Positions 46,506 to 59,106 of a DNA stretch of 64,000 bases are shown here, in pieces (position 1 is the stretch's first letter; the number at the start of each line of letters is the position of its first letter). Origin of the DNA: the human T2T-CHM13v2.0 reference genome, Homo sapiens; assembly GCF_009914755.1 (NCBI RefSeq), contig NC_060927.1, one strand, 5' to 3'. The position numbers and the translations under genes were made by a program. The notes beneath the pieces are model-generated. The model was not told where the DNA came from and did not search any database. It worked only from the letters and a program-made list of their open reading frames with translations.

Positions 46506-46638
46506 ATCCTGGCAAGGTCATCAGAGGTAAGTCGGTTCTATGAAAGAGGCACTGATAAGTTAAATATTCCTAGCTGACTATACCTTTTTCCTGTCATAAC
46601 CTCTTTGAAACCTAAAGTCATTACTCCTCAGCTACTGA
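46506..46638. repeat. Unclassified 133-bp direct repeat, copy 1
   Basis: Ungapped manual alignment to 47130-47262: 115/133 identical. Confidence 0.95.
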
Positions 46639-47129
46639 GTATCTTGGAATACTCTTTATTTCTTCTAACTCTTGACAGAACACTTGGTCATAACATCAGA
46701 TGAAAAAGTTAACTGACACTCTATTCTTATATTATTTAAGGAATGTGGTTTTAGAGAAAGGAAGGTTGGGGGAAAAGGAAGGTAGGTTTAGCCATATTAT
46801 ACTTGACATTCAGATGAAAAAAAATCCAGAAGAGATAGGAGTCACAGGCACAGCAGAGACTGAATGAGTGAGAGGTCTTTCTAATTCAGAATATGCAAAG
46901 AGACTGCCACTTGGGGTGAATAATACTGGAGCTGTTTTTCACTTTTGGGGATCCACATTGTTATGCCTATCATGATATAAAGTATGTGCCCTAATAAAAA
47001 TTTTTTAATTCCTTCTAACAGAATCAAAGAACCAGTCTCTTCAGAAGTCTTTCAAATGGAAATAAGCCAATGAAAGACAATTTATTTGTCTAACTTGTAC
47101 ATTGAATTTCAATGTGTAAGATTCAATTA

Positions 47130-47262
47130 ATCCTGGGAAGGTCTTCAGAGGTAAGTCGGTTCTATTGAAGAGGCACTGATAAATTAAGCATTCCTACCTG
47201 ACTATACCTTTTTCCTGAGATGACTTCATTGAAACCTAAAATCATTACTCTTGAGATCCTGA
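47130..47262. repeat. Unclassified 133-bp direct repeat, copy 2
   Basis: Offset 624 bp from copy 1; flanks do not align convincingly. Confidence 0.95.
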
Positions 47263-49305
47263 AGGATAATAACTTCTCACAAATGTGTTCATATATTCTA
47301 GTTTTAGAACATATAGTTCCATATTCTATACTTCACAACATTCCCATTGCCATGCGTTTAACTTCCTATAATTGTTTTAATTGAGACATAAATCTTTTTT
47401 GGAGACCAGTAGATATCAAGGAGGTCCATGTTAAATATTTCAAACAAAAATAGGGTGAACTTTTTACTCTGTTTTGATATAATATAATGTTTGATATAGG
47501 AAAGCAATCAGCAGGAACTCGCTTTCAAAGTTTCTTTCTTTATGTCTACTTTTCAAACTCCTCCACAAGTTCTTTATTTTCTCATTATAAACACAAAAAA
47601 TAACTGCCAAATTACACTTAGGCAAATGCTCACTTTAGGGACTGCATCCAATTACTTTCCTTTAAACTTTTGACCTGGTAAAGGAAGTAGGGTCTTTTTC
47701 CAACAGGATAGTTTACTTTTTTGCATTCTTAGATGGGGGAGCATTGAGAACAGGAATAAAAGCAGGCTTCATCTCATTTGTCTCTTTCCACAGGCACAAG
47801 GCCAGAAAGTCAGCATGCTCCGAGTTAAAAAGAGCTGAGAGTGTTATAAAACATGTTTCCACCTTTCTGCCCTTTTTGGGTTGAAAACAGAGTGGATTGT
47901 CTGCCTTGGCAGCTCCCAAAGTCAGTCACCAAAAGATACAGAAAGGCTCAGAAAAGCCTTACCATCTAGAACAGCATTCTTAGTTACAGGAATTTGAAAA
48001 CTACACTGTAGTTAAAAATTAAAAAAAAAAAAGACAAGATTTAATAGCTTAAAACTCTGAAGCTTCATGGAAATATCATTTCTTAGAAAGGTAAGAGGAC
48101 CAAATTGTTCTTTGCAGATTTTAGGCATACTCAAGAGTAGACAATAAGCTCTGTACACCCTTCCTCCACAGTACTGATTTTCTAAAGTGAACTTTTTTCA
48201 CCATTTCTAATGGCAGATCCAGCGGAGTGTATCACTCAATTAAACAGAATTCCATTTGCCTGGTTTTGTTTCACCAAAAGGCAAATCGACCCCTGCACTT
48301 GTAAGAAAATTGCAAGGGCATTTAGTCCACAAGAATTCATCAATACCTAAGAGGAAAACCAGATTCCTCGTGTAGCAACTTAATATAAAATGAAACCCAT
48401 TTTCTGCCTACAAATTTCATAGTCATCCCAGTCTGTGTAGAATTAATTTTTTTATGCTGCAGTACAATAAAAAAGTGGCATTAAATTATGGCTTCAAATT
48501 AGAAAAGTAGGAAATAGAGTTAAGATTTTCAAATCAAAATGACTTTCTTAGAGGCCATACTAAGCATATGCCAAACTGTACAGGGAACATAAGATAGAGA
48601 TATGTGTATGATAAAAATGAATCTTAAACCATCCAGAAATAAAGGAGAATGAAATATCCCCAAATGAGTCTGTGATTCAAAATGTAATGCACTAAATTTT
48701 CTAATCTCATCTCATCTAAAAATACTATATATTAAAAGATTTAATGTCACAATCATTGGCTCCTATATATTCTAGTCCTTATTTTTGGCTGTAAATCATT
48801 CTTCCAATAACTTATTCTATCCTTCTTTCTCAGATGTTAAGCTCTTCAGTGTTCTTTCATGTGATGTATCTTTCAGACCTCAGTCATTTCCTAACCTTGC
48901 TTTAGGCCTGCCTCTGGCTAAAATTAGCTCAGCATTGTCTCACCTCAGATTAGGTAAATTAAACTTGGTGGGCAAGGCTCATCAACGGCACTGAGCATGA
49001 GCAAAAACTTCCTTTGGGCAAAATAGCAGAAAATATGCAAGTTAAACTTATCAAATAGTATAATGTGGGATAAAAATATTTCTTGATTTAAGTACAATTC
49101 CAGATTTATAATGTTTTTTTTTATTTTATAATCGTTGATGTTCAAAGCTTAAAAGAATGGCATAAAAAAAAGCTTTCAGAAATTTGCTTATTCAGTGTCT
49201 CTGACCAACCTTATCAGTTTCCTGGGATCAAAAAAGTTTCTCAGGAATGCAGGACTTTCAGTGCAGGACTTTGCCAGAAAGTTCTGAACAAATGAGAACT
49301 TGGTT

Positions 49306-49321
49306 TGTGTGTGTGTGTGCC

Positions 49322-49362
<41 letters not shown>
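49306..49362. repeat. (TG)n microsatellite
   Basis: Directly visible, one interruption. Confidence 0.97.
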
Positions 49363-49364
<2 letters not shown>

Positions 49365-49839
49365 ATGCCCCGTGAGGGGGGATGGCTGGGGTAACTTGGG
49401 TGGGCACTGAAGAAATATAACTTGAAGTGACTCATGGGAAGTGATAAATTTCTTAAAAGGGAAAATATTTAAGGCCCAAGGATAGCTTTAAAAGCCTTGA
49501 AATCTTGCATTCTGTACTATATCTGTGACCATTTTAATATAAAACCATGGTTTATCTTTAGTGATTAAGTTTCTCCCTTTCCTTTTCCAAACTTCAAGCA
49601 AAAGTGGTGTTTCACATTTGTCATGCATTTTCAGATACTTTTTTGGCACACTATCACATGCCTGTAAGAGATAACCACTTCTATTTTCCAACTCTAATAA
49701 AATACACACTTCCAAATTGTTGGAATATATATATATATATTTCTCTCTCTCCCTCTCTCTCTATATATATTAATATGTATATTTAATTATATAGATAATT
49801 CACATATGTATATATGTATTATATATTACATGTACTAGC

Positions 49840-52808
49840 TTATTTTATTGTGAAATATATCACATACACTGAGAGCACAAAATAAACCTACACAGCCCAA
49901 GGAATTATCTAAGTTGTGCAATTCCTACCCTAGCCAAGAAACAGAGCATCAGGTATACTTAAGAGAGTCTACCTTATATGCCCTCCCAAACACTATCCCC
50001 TTTCCTCCAAAGTAAATTGCAATCCTGATTTTAACGATAATCACTTCTGTGTTTTAGTCTTGTCTTTAACCACTAGGCGTATATTTCTGTACACTCCATT
50101 TTATCTTTTGAGTTTTATACATGGAACAAAACATGTATTTTTGTGTGTATCTGGCATATTTTGTTCAATTTTATGTTTGTGAGCCAAATCAATGATGCTG
50201 TGTGTAGTGGTTCATTCATTTCCATTGCTGTACAGAATTCCATTCCATAAGTATAATGGAATTTATGTAACCATTTCAATTATAATTAACATTTGAATTG
50301 TTTTCAGTTTGCAGCTGACAGAAAAAAAATCTGCTATGAAAATTCTTGCATATGTCTCTGGTTACCCAAGTGTACATGTTTCTATTGCACTGATTAAATT
50401 ATTATATATAAGAAAATTGCTGGATTATAAATATGAATAATCTGCACTTCTACTATATGATACTAAACCATTTTCCAAAGCTATTCCAAAAATTTACTTT
50501 CCTACCAGCGGTGTATGAGAGTTGCCATAGTTCTACATTGTCCCCCAATGTTGGTATTGTCAATCTTGTTAACTTTGGTCATTGATTGAGGATGCCTGCT
50601 AGTACTTTATTGTGATTCTAATTTCCACTTTCCTGATTAGTTATTGTGTTGGATTCTTTTTCATATATTCTATTTGGAAATTATCATTTGTGAAGTGCCT
50701 GTTCAAGTCTCTTGTGTATTTCTTTATTTGGTTGTCTCACATTTTTCTTATAATTTGTAGAAATTCTTTATATATTATTTATATGAATCTTTTATTAGCT
50801 GTACATGTTTCAAATATCATCTCCCACATTGCAGCATTTTACAAAAGTAGGTTCGAATAGAGCTAACTTTGCTGATCATTTCCTTTACTGTTGGTTCTGT
50901 TTTGTCGCCTTTTGAAGAAATACTTCCTTACCCTGAATTCATGAAAACATTTTCCATCACTAATAGAAGTTACTCAAATCTTCAATCTACTTGAAATTGA
51001 CTTTTTGTGTATGACATGAGGTAGATGTTTCATTTCACTTTTAAAATATGAGTATCCTAATTTCTCCCAGATTATTTGTTGGAAAGACTACCCTTTCGCT
51101 CTTTATCATATATCAAGTGTCTAAATATTTATGGGTCTGCTTATGAAGTCAATATTGTATTGTGTTCCACTATTAGTGTATTCTTGAACCATTCTCAAAC
51201 CACACTGTCTAAATTATTGCAGCCTTAACGTAAGTCTTGAAATCTAGAAGAGGAAGTTCTGCCTTTTGGTTGTTTTCCTTTAAGATGTTTGCCTTATTCT
51301 TGGAATTTTTATGTAAATTTTGATACTAGCTTATGTAGTTCTATAGACATACACACAAATTCAAATGCCCATTCATACACACTATAGATAGGATTGCTTA
51401 TCAAGTTGAGAATACTTGACTTCTTTATAGGATTGATTATTCAAATATATATAGTATATCTCTCTGTTTCATTAGATTTTCATGTAATTACTCTCTACAA
51501 TGTTGTAGCAACATATTAAGTTTTCCTATAACACCTTGAAGATTTTTAGTTAGAATTATAGATTTGTTGTATTTTATGCTGTTGGATAACATCTTCGCAT
51601 TTCATTTTCTGTTTGCTGCTCTTAACAGAAATATAGTTGATTTTTATACATTGCCTTTGTATCCAACAGACTTGTAAAATTGTTATTAATTACAAGAATC
51701 TACTCAAACATCCCTTTGATTTCTTATCTATACAATCATATAGTCTAAATATTCACAGCTTTTTTACCTTTCTAATACTTAAAATTTTCATCTCATTAAT
51801 ACAATCTGACATACAATTACTTATGTATTGAAATTCATTTCAATTTGTCCTACCCATTCTGTGTTTCTGTTCCTTTCTATTCTTGCAGTTACGGGTGTCT
51901 TCTATCTTTGCCTGAAACAATAGTACGAATATTCTTCCTGTGTTTTCTCCAGGAAGTTTATTTTAAGCCTTATCTTTGGGACTATGACCTAATATTCTTG
52001 TATCATGTGAAGTAAGGATTGAAATTCATTAGTTTGCATATGAATATAAAATTATCTAGCACCATTTTTCAAGACCACCCTTTCTCTATTAATTTAATAT
52101 AGTACTTTCTTCTAAAATCAATGGACCATGTAAGTCATGTTTAATTGGGCTCACTGTTCTGTTTAATTTATCTATATTTCTGTCTAGTCTTGATTAATGA
52201 TTTATAGTAAATCGTAAAATTAGGTAGTGAAATTTCCTCCCAATATGTTTATCTTTTTCAAAAGTGTTTTAACTATTTTATTTTCCACTTTATATATATT
52301 GTAATCAGCTTTGATTCTGTCCTATGTGAAATTTTTCTAATCCGTATGCCTTTTATATCCTTTCTTTACACTGGATAAGACCACCAGAAGAATGTTAAAA
52401 TATTAGGAGTAGATATTCTTGTGTTCTTCCTTAGATAGAAAGATTTAGTCTTTTGCAACTGAACTGTAAGTTTTTTATAGATGCCCCGTAACCTTGTGAA
52501 AAATTCCATTTTTATTCTTAGAGTGGTTTGTTTAATAAAATTTATCAAATTTTTCATTTTATTACATCTTTTAAAATAATCATGATTTTCTTTTTTATTT
52601 CATTAATATGATGAATTATGTTGATAGATTTTCACATACTAAAACAAACATGATATTTCTAGAATAAATTCCACTTGGTGATGATTACTTTTCTCTCTTA
52701 ATATTGTTGTATTCAATTTGTACATATTTTTCTAAAGGCTTTTGCATGTATGCTTTGAAAAACATTGGCTTGTAGTTATTTTTGTTGCATTGTCTTTGTC
52801 TAGTTTTG
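49840..52808 (-). mobile_element. Old L1M (L1MD/ME-like), 3' part
   Basis: T-rich decayed L1 3'UTR and ORF2 (TTCCTACCAGCGGTGTATGAGAGTT, TTTGTGAAGTGCCTGTTCAAGTCT, AATAAATTCCACTTGGTGATG). Confidence 0.75.
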
Positions 52809-55800
52809 TTTTTTTTTTAATTTTTATTTTAATTTCTTGTAGGTACATAGTAGGTGTATATATGTATAAGGTACATGAGATATTTTGATACGGGCATGCA
52901 ATGCATAGTAATAACATCATGTAATATGGAGTATTTATTCCCCTAAACATTTATCCTTGTATTACAAACAATTCAATTATACGCTCTTAGTTTTTAAGAT
53001 GTACACTTATTTTTAAATGTACACCTACATTATTATTGACTATAGTCCCACTCTGTGCTATCAAATACTAGCTCTTATTCATTCTTTCTATTTTTTGTAC
53101 TCATTAACCATCCCCACTCCCCTCTCTCCATTACTCTTTCCAGTTTTCAGTAACCATCCTTTTACTCTCTATCTCTGTGAGTTCAATTGTTCGGATTTTT
53201 AGATCCTACAAATAAATGAGAACATGTGATGTTTGTCTTTCTGTGCTTGGCTTATTTCATTTAACAAAATGACCTCCAGTTCTATCCATGTTGTTGCAAA
53301 TGACAAGATCTCATTCTTTTTTATGGCTGAATAGTACTCCATTATATATAAGTACCATATTTTCTTTATCCATTCATCTGTTGATGGACAATTAATTTGC
53401 TTCCAAACCTTTAACTATTGTGAACAGTGCTGCAACAAACATGGGAGTGTAGATATGTCTTCAATATACTGATTTCCTTTCTTTTGGATATGCACTCAGC
53501 AGTGGGATTACTGGACTCTATGGTAGCTCTATTTTTAGATTTTTGAGGAACCTCCAAATGTTTCTCTATAGTGGTTGTACAAATTTACATTCCAACCAAG
53601 AATGTATGAGGGTTCCCTCTTCTCCAGATCCTCATCAGCACTTGTTATTGCCTTTCTTTTAGATATAGGCTGTTTTAACTGGAGTGAGATTATACTTCAT
53701 TGTAGTTTTGGTTTTCATTTCTTTGATGCTCAATGATGTTGAGCACCTTTATATATGCCTGTTTGCTATTTACATGTCTTATTTTGAGAAATGTATATTT
53801 AAATATTTTGTCCCTTTTTAAATCAGATAATTATATTTTCCTGTAGAGTTGTTTAAGATCCTTACATGTTTTGGTTATTAATGACTTGTCAGATGGGTAA
53901 TTTGCAAATATAGTCTCCCATTCTGTGGGTTGTCTCTTCACTTTGTTGATTGTTTCTGATGCTGTGTAGAAGCTTTTTAACTTGATGTGAGCCCATTTGC
54001 CCATATTTGCTTTGCTTGCCTGTTCTTGTGGGGTATTTCTCATGAAATTTTTGCCCAGACCCATGTCCTAGAGAGTTTCCCTGATGTTTTCTTGTATCAG
54101 TTTCGTAGACTGAGGTCTTATATTTAAGTCTTTAATACACTTTTATTTGATTTTTATATGTGGTGAGAGACAGAGTTCTAGTTTCATTATTCTGCATATG
54201 GATATCCAGTTTTCCCAGCACCATTTATTGAAGAGGCTGTCTTTTCCCCAGTGTATGTTCCTGAGACCTTTGTCAAAAACGAGTTTAATGTAGGTGTGTG
54301 GATTTGTTTCGGGATTCTCTACTCTGTTCCATTGGTCTATGTGTCCGTTTTTATGCCAATACCAAGCTGCTTTGGTTACTATAGCTTTGTAGTATAATTT
54401 GAAGTTAAGTAATGTGATTTCTCCAGTTTTGTTCTTTTTGCTTAGGATAACTTTGGCTATTCTGGGTCTTTTGTGGCTCCATATAAATTGTAGAATTGCT
54501 TTTTTCATTTCTGTGAAGAATGTCATTGATATTTTGACAAGGATTGCACTGAATATACCTATATTTCTTTGGGTATTATGGACACTATAACAATATTAAT
54601 TCTTCCAATTGATGAACATGGAGTATCTTTCCTTTTTTTGGTGTTCACTTCAATTTCTTTCATCAGTGTTGTATAGTTACAGAGATCTTTCACTTTTTTT
54701 GTTGTTACTTTCTAGGTATTTAATTTTATTTGTAGCTATTGTAAATGAGAGTACTTTCTTGATTTCTTTTTCAGATTGTTCACTGTTGGCATATAGCAAT
54801 GCTACTGATTTTTGTACGTTGATTTTGTATCCTGCAAATTTAGTGAATTTGTTTATCGGTTCTAACCTTTTTTTGGTGGAGTCTTTAGGATTTTCAAAAT
54901 ATAAGATCATATCATCTGCAAATAAGGGTAATTTGACTTCTTATTTTCCAAATGGGATACCCTTTTTTTTTTTACTTTTGCCTGATTGCTTTAACTAGTA
55001 CTTTCACTACTATGTTGAATAACAGTGGTAAAGTGAACATCCTTGTTGTGTTCTAGATCTTAGAAGAAAAGCTTTCAGTTTTTCCCACTCAGTATGTTAC
55101 TAACCATGGATGTGTCATATATGACTTTTATTATGTTGAGGTATGTTTCTTCTATACCCATTTTTTTCAGGGTTTTTATCATAAGGGATGTTAAATTTTA
55201 TCAAACGTCTTTTCAGCATAAGTTGAAACAATCATATAGTTTTTGTGCTTCATTCTGCAATATGATGTATCACATTGATTGATCTGCATATGTTGTAACA
55301 TCCTTGCATCCCAGGGATAAATCCCACTTAGTCATGATGAATGATCTTTCTAATGTATTGTTGAATTCACTTTGCTAGTATTTTGTTGAGGGTTTTTGTA
55401 TCGATGTTCATTGGAGATACTGGCCTATAGTTTTCTTTCTTTCTTTTTTTTTTTTTATTTTCTTTGTCTAGTTTTGGTTTCTTGTAATACTGGCCTTGAA
55501 GAAAGACTTCAGAAGTCCTTGCCCTCCTCTATTTTTCAGAATAATTTGAGTAGGATTGGTATTAGTTCTTCTCTAAATGTTTGGTAGAATTCAACAGTAA
55601 GTAAGACCATCATCTCCTGGGCTTTTCTTTACTGGGTGACTTTTTATTACAGCTCCAGTCTTGTTCCTTGTTATAGGTCTGTTTAGGTTTTAGGATTCTT
55701 CATGCTTCAATCTTGGTAGGTTGTGTGTGTCTAGGAATTTCTCCATTTCTTCTATATTTTCCAACTTATGGGCGTATAATTGTTCACTGTAGCTACTAAT

Positions 55801-58800
55801 GATCCTTTGAATTTCTGCAATATCAGTTGTAATGTCTCTTTTTTCATTTTTGATTTTATTTATTTGAGTCTTCTCTCTTTTTTTCTTAGTCTGGCTAAGG
55901 GCTGGTCAATTTTGTTCAACTTTTCAAACAAACCCAACTTTTTGTTTCATTAATCTTTTATATTTTTCCTTCATTTCGATTTCATTTAATTCTACTCTAA
56001 TCTTTAATTTTTTTTTACTCATTTGGGGTTTGGTTTGCTCTTTCTTTTCTACTTTTTAAAGATGACTTGTTAGGTTATTTATTTCATTTTTCTTCCTTTT
56101 TTTTTTTTTTGATGTAGGCATTGACGGCTATAAACTTCCAAGTACTGCTTTTACTGTGTCCCATAGATTATGCTATGTTGTGTTTCCATTATCATTTGTC
56201 TCAAGAAATTTTTCAATTTAATTCTTAATTTCTTCATTGGCTCACTAGTCATTGAGGAGCATATTGTTTAATTTCCATGTATTTGTATAGTTTCCAAAAT
56301 TCCTCTTGTTATTTATTTCTACTACTATTCCATTGTGGTCAGAAAATATGCTTGATATTACTTCAATTTTTTGAACGTTTTAAGACTTGTTTTGTGACCT
56401 GACGTATGGTCTATCCTTGAGAATGTTCTATGTGCTGAGGAAAAGAATGTGTGCTCTGCAGATGTTGGATCAAATGTTCTCTAAATATCTATTAGATCCA
56501 TTTGGTGTGTGGTGCAGATTAAGTCTGGTGTTACCTTGTTGATTTTCTGTCTGGGAGATCTGTCCAACGCTTAAAGGGGTGTGTCAATGTCTCCAGCTAT
56601 TATTGTATTTGAGACTCTCCCTGTCTCTTTAGCTCTAATAATATTTGCTTTATATATCTGGGTGCTCCACTCTTAGGCATATATATTTAAACTTGTTATA
56701 TCCTCTTGCTAACTAACCTGTTTATCAATATATAATATTGTTCTTTGTCTCTTTTAATAGTTTTTGCCTTGAAATCAATTTTGTCTCATATAAGTATAGC
56801 AACTCCGTTCCTTTTCGCATGTAATATCTATTTCCAAATCTTTATTTTCAGTCTACATGTCTTTTTATAGGTAAAGAATGTTTCTTGTAGGCAAGAGATC
56901 AATGAGTCTTTTTCTTTTATCCATTCAGCCATTCTATGCGTTCTTATTGGAGAGTTTAGTCCACTTACATTCAATGTTACTATTGATGAGTAAGTACTTA
57001 CTCCTGCCATTTTATTGATTTTCTGGTTGTTTTGTAGTTTCCTCTTCCTTTTTTCCTTTCTTCTTTTTAGTGAAGGTGATTTACTCTGGTGATATAACAA
57101 AGTTTCTTGTTTTTTATTTTTTTTTGTATCCTGTCTGTGTTTTCTGGGTTTGAACTTACTATTTGATTTGTAACTATTATCTTATAACCAATTATTTTAA
57201 GCTGATAACAAAGAAATAAGCAAAATGAAAATCAATTTTGCATAAACAAAGAAATAAGCAAAATGAAAATCAATGAAGACTTTACACCTTAACTTAATGC
57301 CCCAGTTTTTGAATTTTCATTGTTTTTATTTATATCATATTGCACTCTACGTATGGAAAAGTTGTCATAGTTATTATTTTTGATTTGCTCATTGTTTAGT
57401 CTTACTTTGAGATAAGAGCAGTTTACATACCACAGTTACAGTGTTATAATATTCTGGTTTTCTGCGTACTACTATTACCGGTGAGTTTTGTAGCGTGAGA
57501 GGATTTCTTATTGCTCATTAACATTCTTTTCTTTCTGATTGAAATACTTCCTTTAGCATTTCTTATAGGGCAGGTCTGGTGTTGATGAAATCCCTCAGCT
57601 TTTGTTTGTCCAGGAAAGTCCTCACTTCTCTTTCAGGTTTGAAGGATATTTTCACTGGATATGCTATTCTATGGTGAAAGTTTTTTTCTTTCAGCAATGT
57701 ATATATGTCATGTCACTCCTGGCTTGTAGGGTTTCCACTAAAAAAATCTGCTGCCAGATTCATTGGAGCTCCATTTTATGTTGTTTCTTTTCTCTTGATG
57801 CTTTTAGGATTCTTTCTTTATACTTCCCCTTTGGGAGTTTGATTATTAAATGCCTTGAAGTAGTCTTCTTTGGATTAAATCTGCTTAGTGTTCTATAACC
57901 TTCTTGACTTGGATATTGATATCTTCCTCTAGGTTTGGGAAGTTCTCTGTTATTATCTCTTGGAATAAGCTTTCTACCCCTATCTTTTTCTCTACCTTCT
58001 CTTTAAGGCCAGTAACTCTTATTTTTGTCCCTTTGAGGCTATTTTCTAGATTCTGTAAGTATGCTTCACTGCTTTTTATTCTTTTCTCTTTTGTCTACTC
58101 TGACTGTGTAGTTTCAAAAGCCTGTATTCAAGGTCATTAATTCTTCCTTCTGATTGATTTGTTTTGCTTTTAAAAGACTCTGATGCAGTCTCCAGTATGC
58201 CAATTGCATTCTTCAGCTCCAGAATTTCTGCTGGATTTTTAAAAAATTGTTTCAATCTCTTTGTTGAATTTATCTGATAGAATTCTGAATTCCTTCTCTG
58301 TGTTATCTTGAATTTCTTTGAGTTTCCTCAAAACAGCTATTTTGAATTCTCTATCTGAAAGGTCACATATCTCTGTTTCTCTAGAATTGGGATCTGGTGT
58401 CTTATTTACTTCATTTGGTAAAGACATGTTTTCCTGGATGGTCTTGATACTTATAGAATTTTCTGTGTCTGGGCACTGAAGAGTTAGGTATTTATTGTAG
58501 TCTTCACTGTCTAGGATTGCTTTTCCTGTCCTTAAGAAGGCTTTCCAGATATTCAAAAGGACTTGGGTATTGTGGTCTAACCTGTATCTGCTTTAGGGAC
58601 ACTCTAAGCTCAATAACACTGTGGTTCTTATAGCTTCTTAGAAGTACCACCTTGATGGTCTTGGACAAGGTTCACAAGAATTCTCTGAATTACCAGGCAG
58701 GGACTCTCGCTCTCTTCCCTTACTTTATCCCCCCAAAATACAGAGTCACTCTCTCTGTTCTGAGCCACCTGGTGCTGGTGGTAAAATGACACACGCATCA

Positions 58801-59106
58801 CTGTGGCCACCACCACCGGGAGTGAGTGTGGTCACTCCTGAAGACAGCACAGCACTAAGTGTCACACAAGACCTGCCCTAATCACTCCTTCTCCGTGGCC
58901 TATGTTTAATCAAGGCCCTAGTACTCTACAATCAGCAAGTAGCAAAGCCAGCCAGGCCTGTGTCTTTGCCTTCAGGGTGGTGAGATCCCCCAGGTCTTGG
59001 GCAGTTGTAGAGGTGACATCCTGGAGACAGGAACTAGAGTTAAAAACTTTAGAATTCTAACTGCTATTCTATTGTACTGCTGCTGAGCTGCCAGTCAAAC
59101 TGCAAG
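52809..59106 (-). mobile_element. L1MA (MA2/3-like), ~6.3 kb with 3'UTR, ORF2, ORF1 pieces and part of the 5' region
   Basis: 3' end GTAGGTACATAGTAGGTGTATATA; ORF2 peptides ([28 protein letters not shown]), ORF1-like DLSDREFKIAVLRKL; 17-bp TSD GTCTTTGTCTA(G/A)TTTTG at 52792-52808 and 59107-59123. Confidence 0.93.

Noticed and set aside
46506-47262. Direct repeats as CRISPR array or LTR pair
   Set aside because: Only two long copies in eukaryotic DNA; no TG...CA ends, TSD, PBS or PPT
48085-48120. Plus-strand donor AAG|GTAAGA and acceptor TTCTTTGCAG
   Set aside because: 27 nt apart, too short for an intron; no partner sites identified
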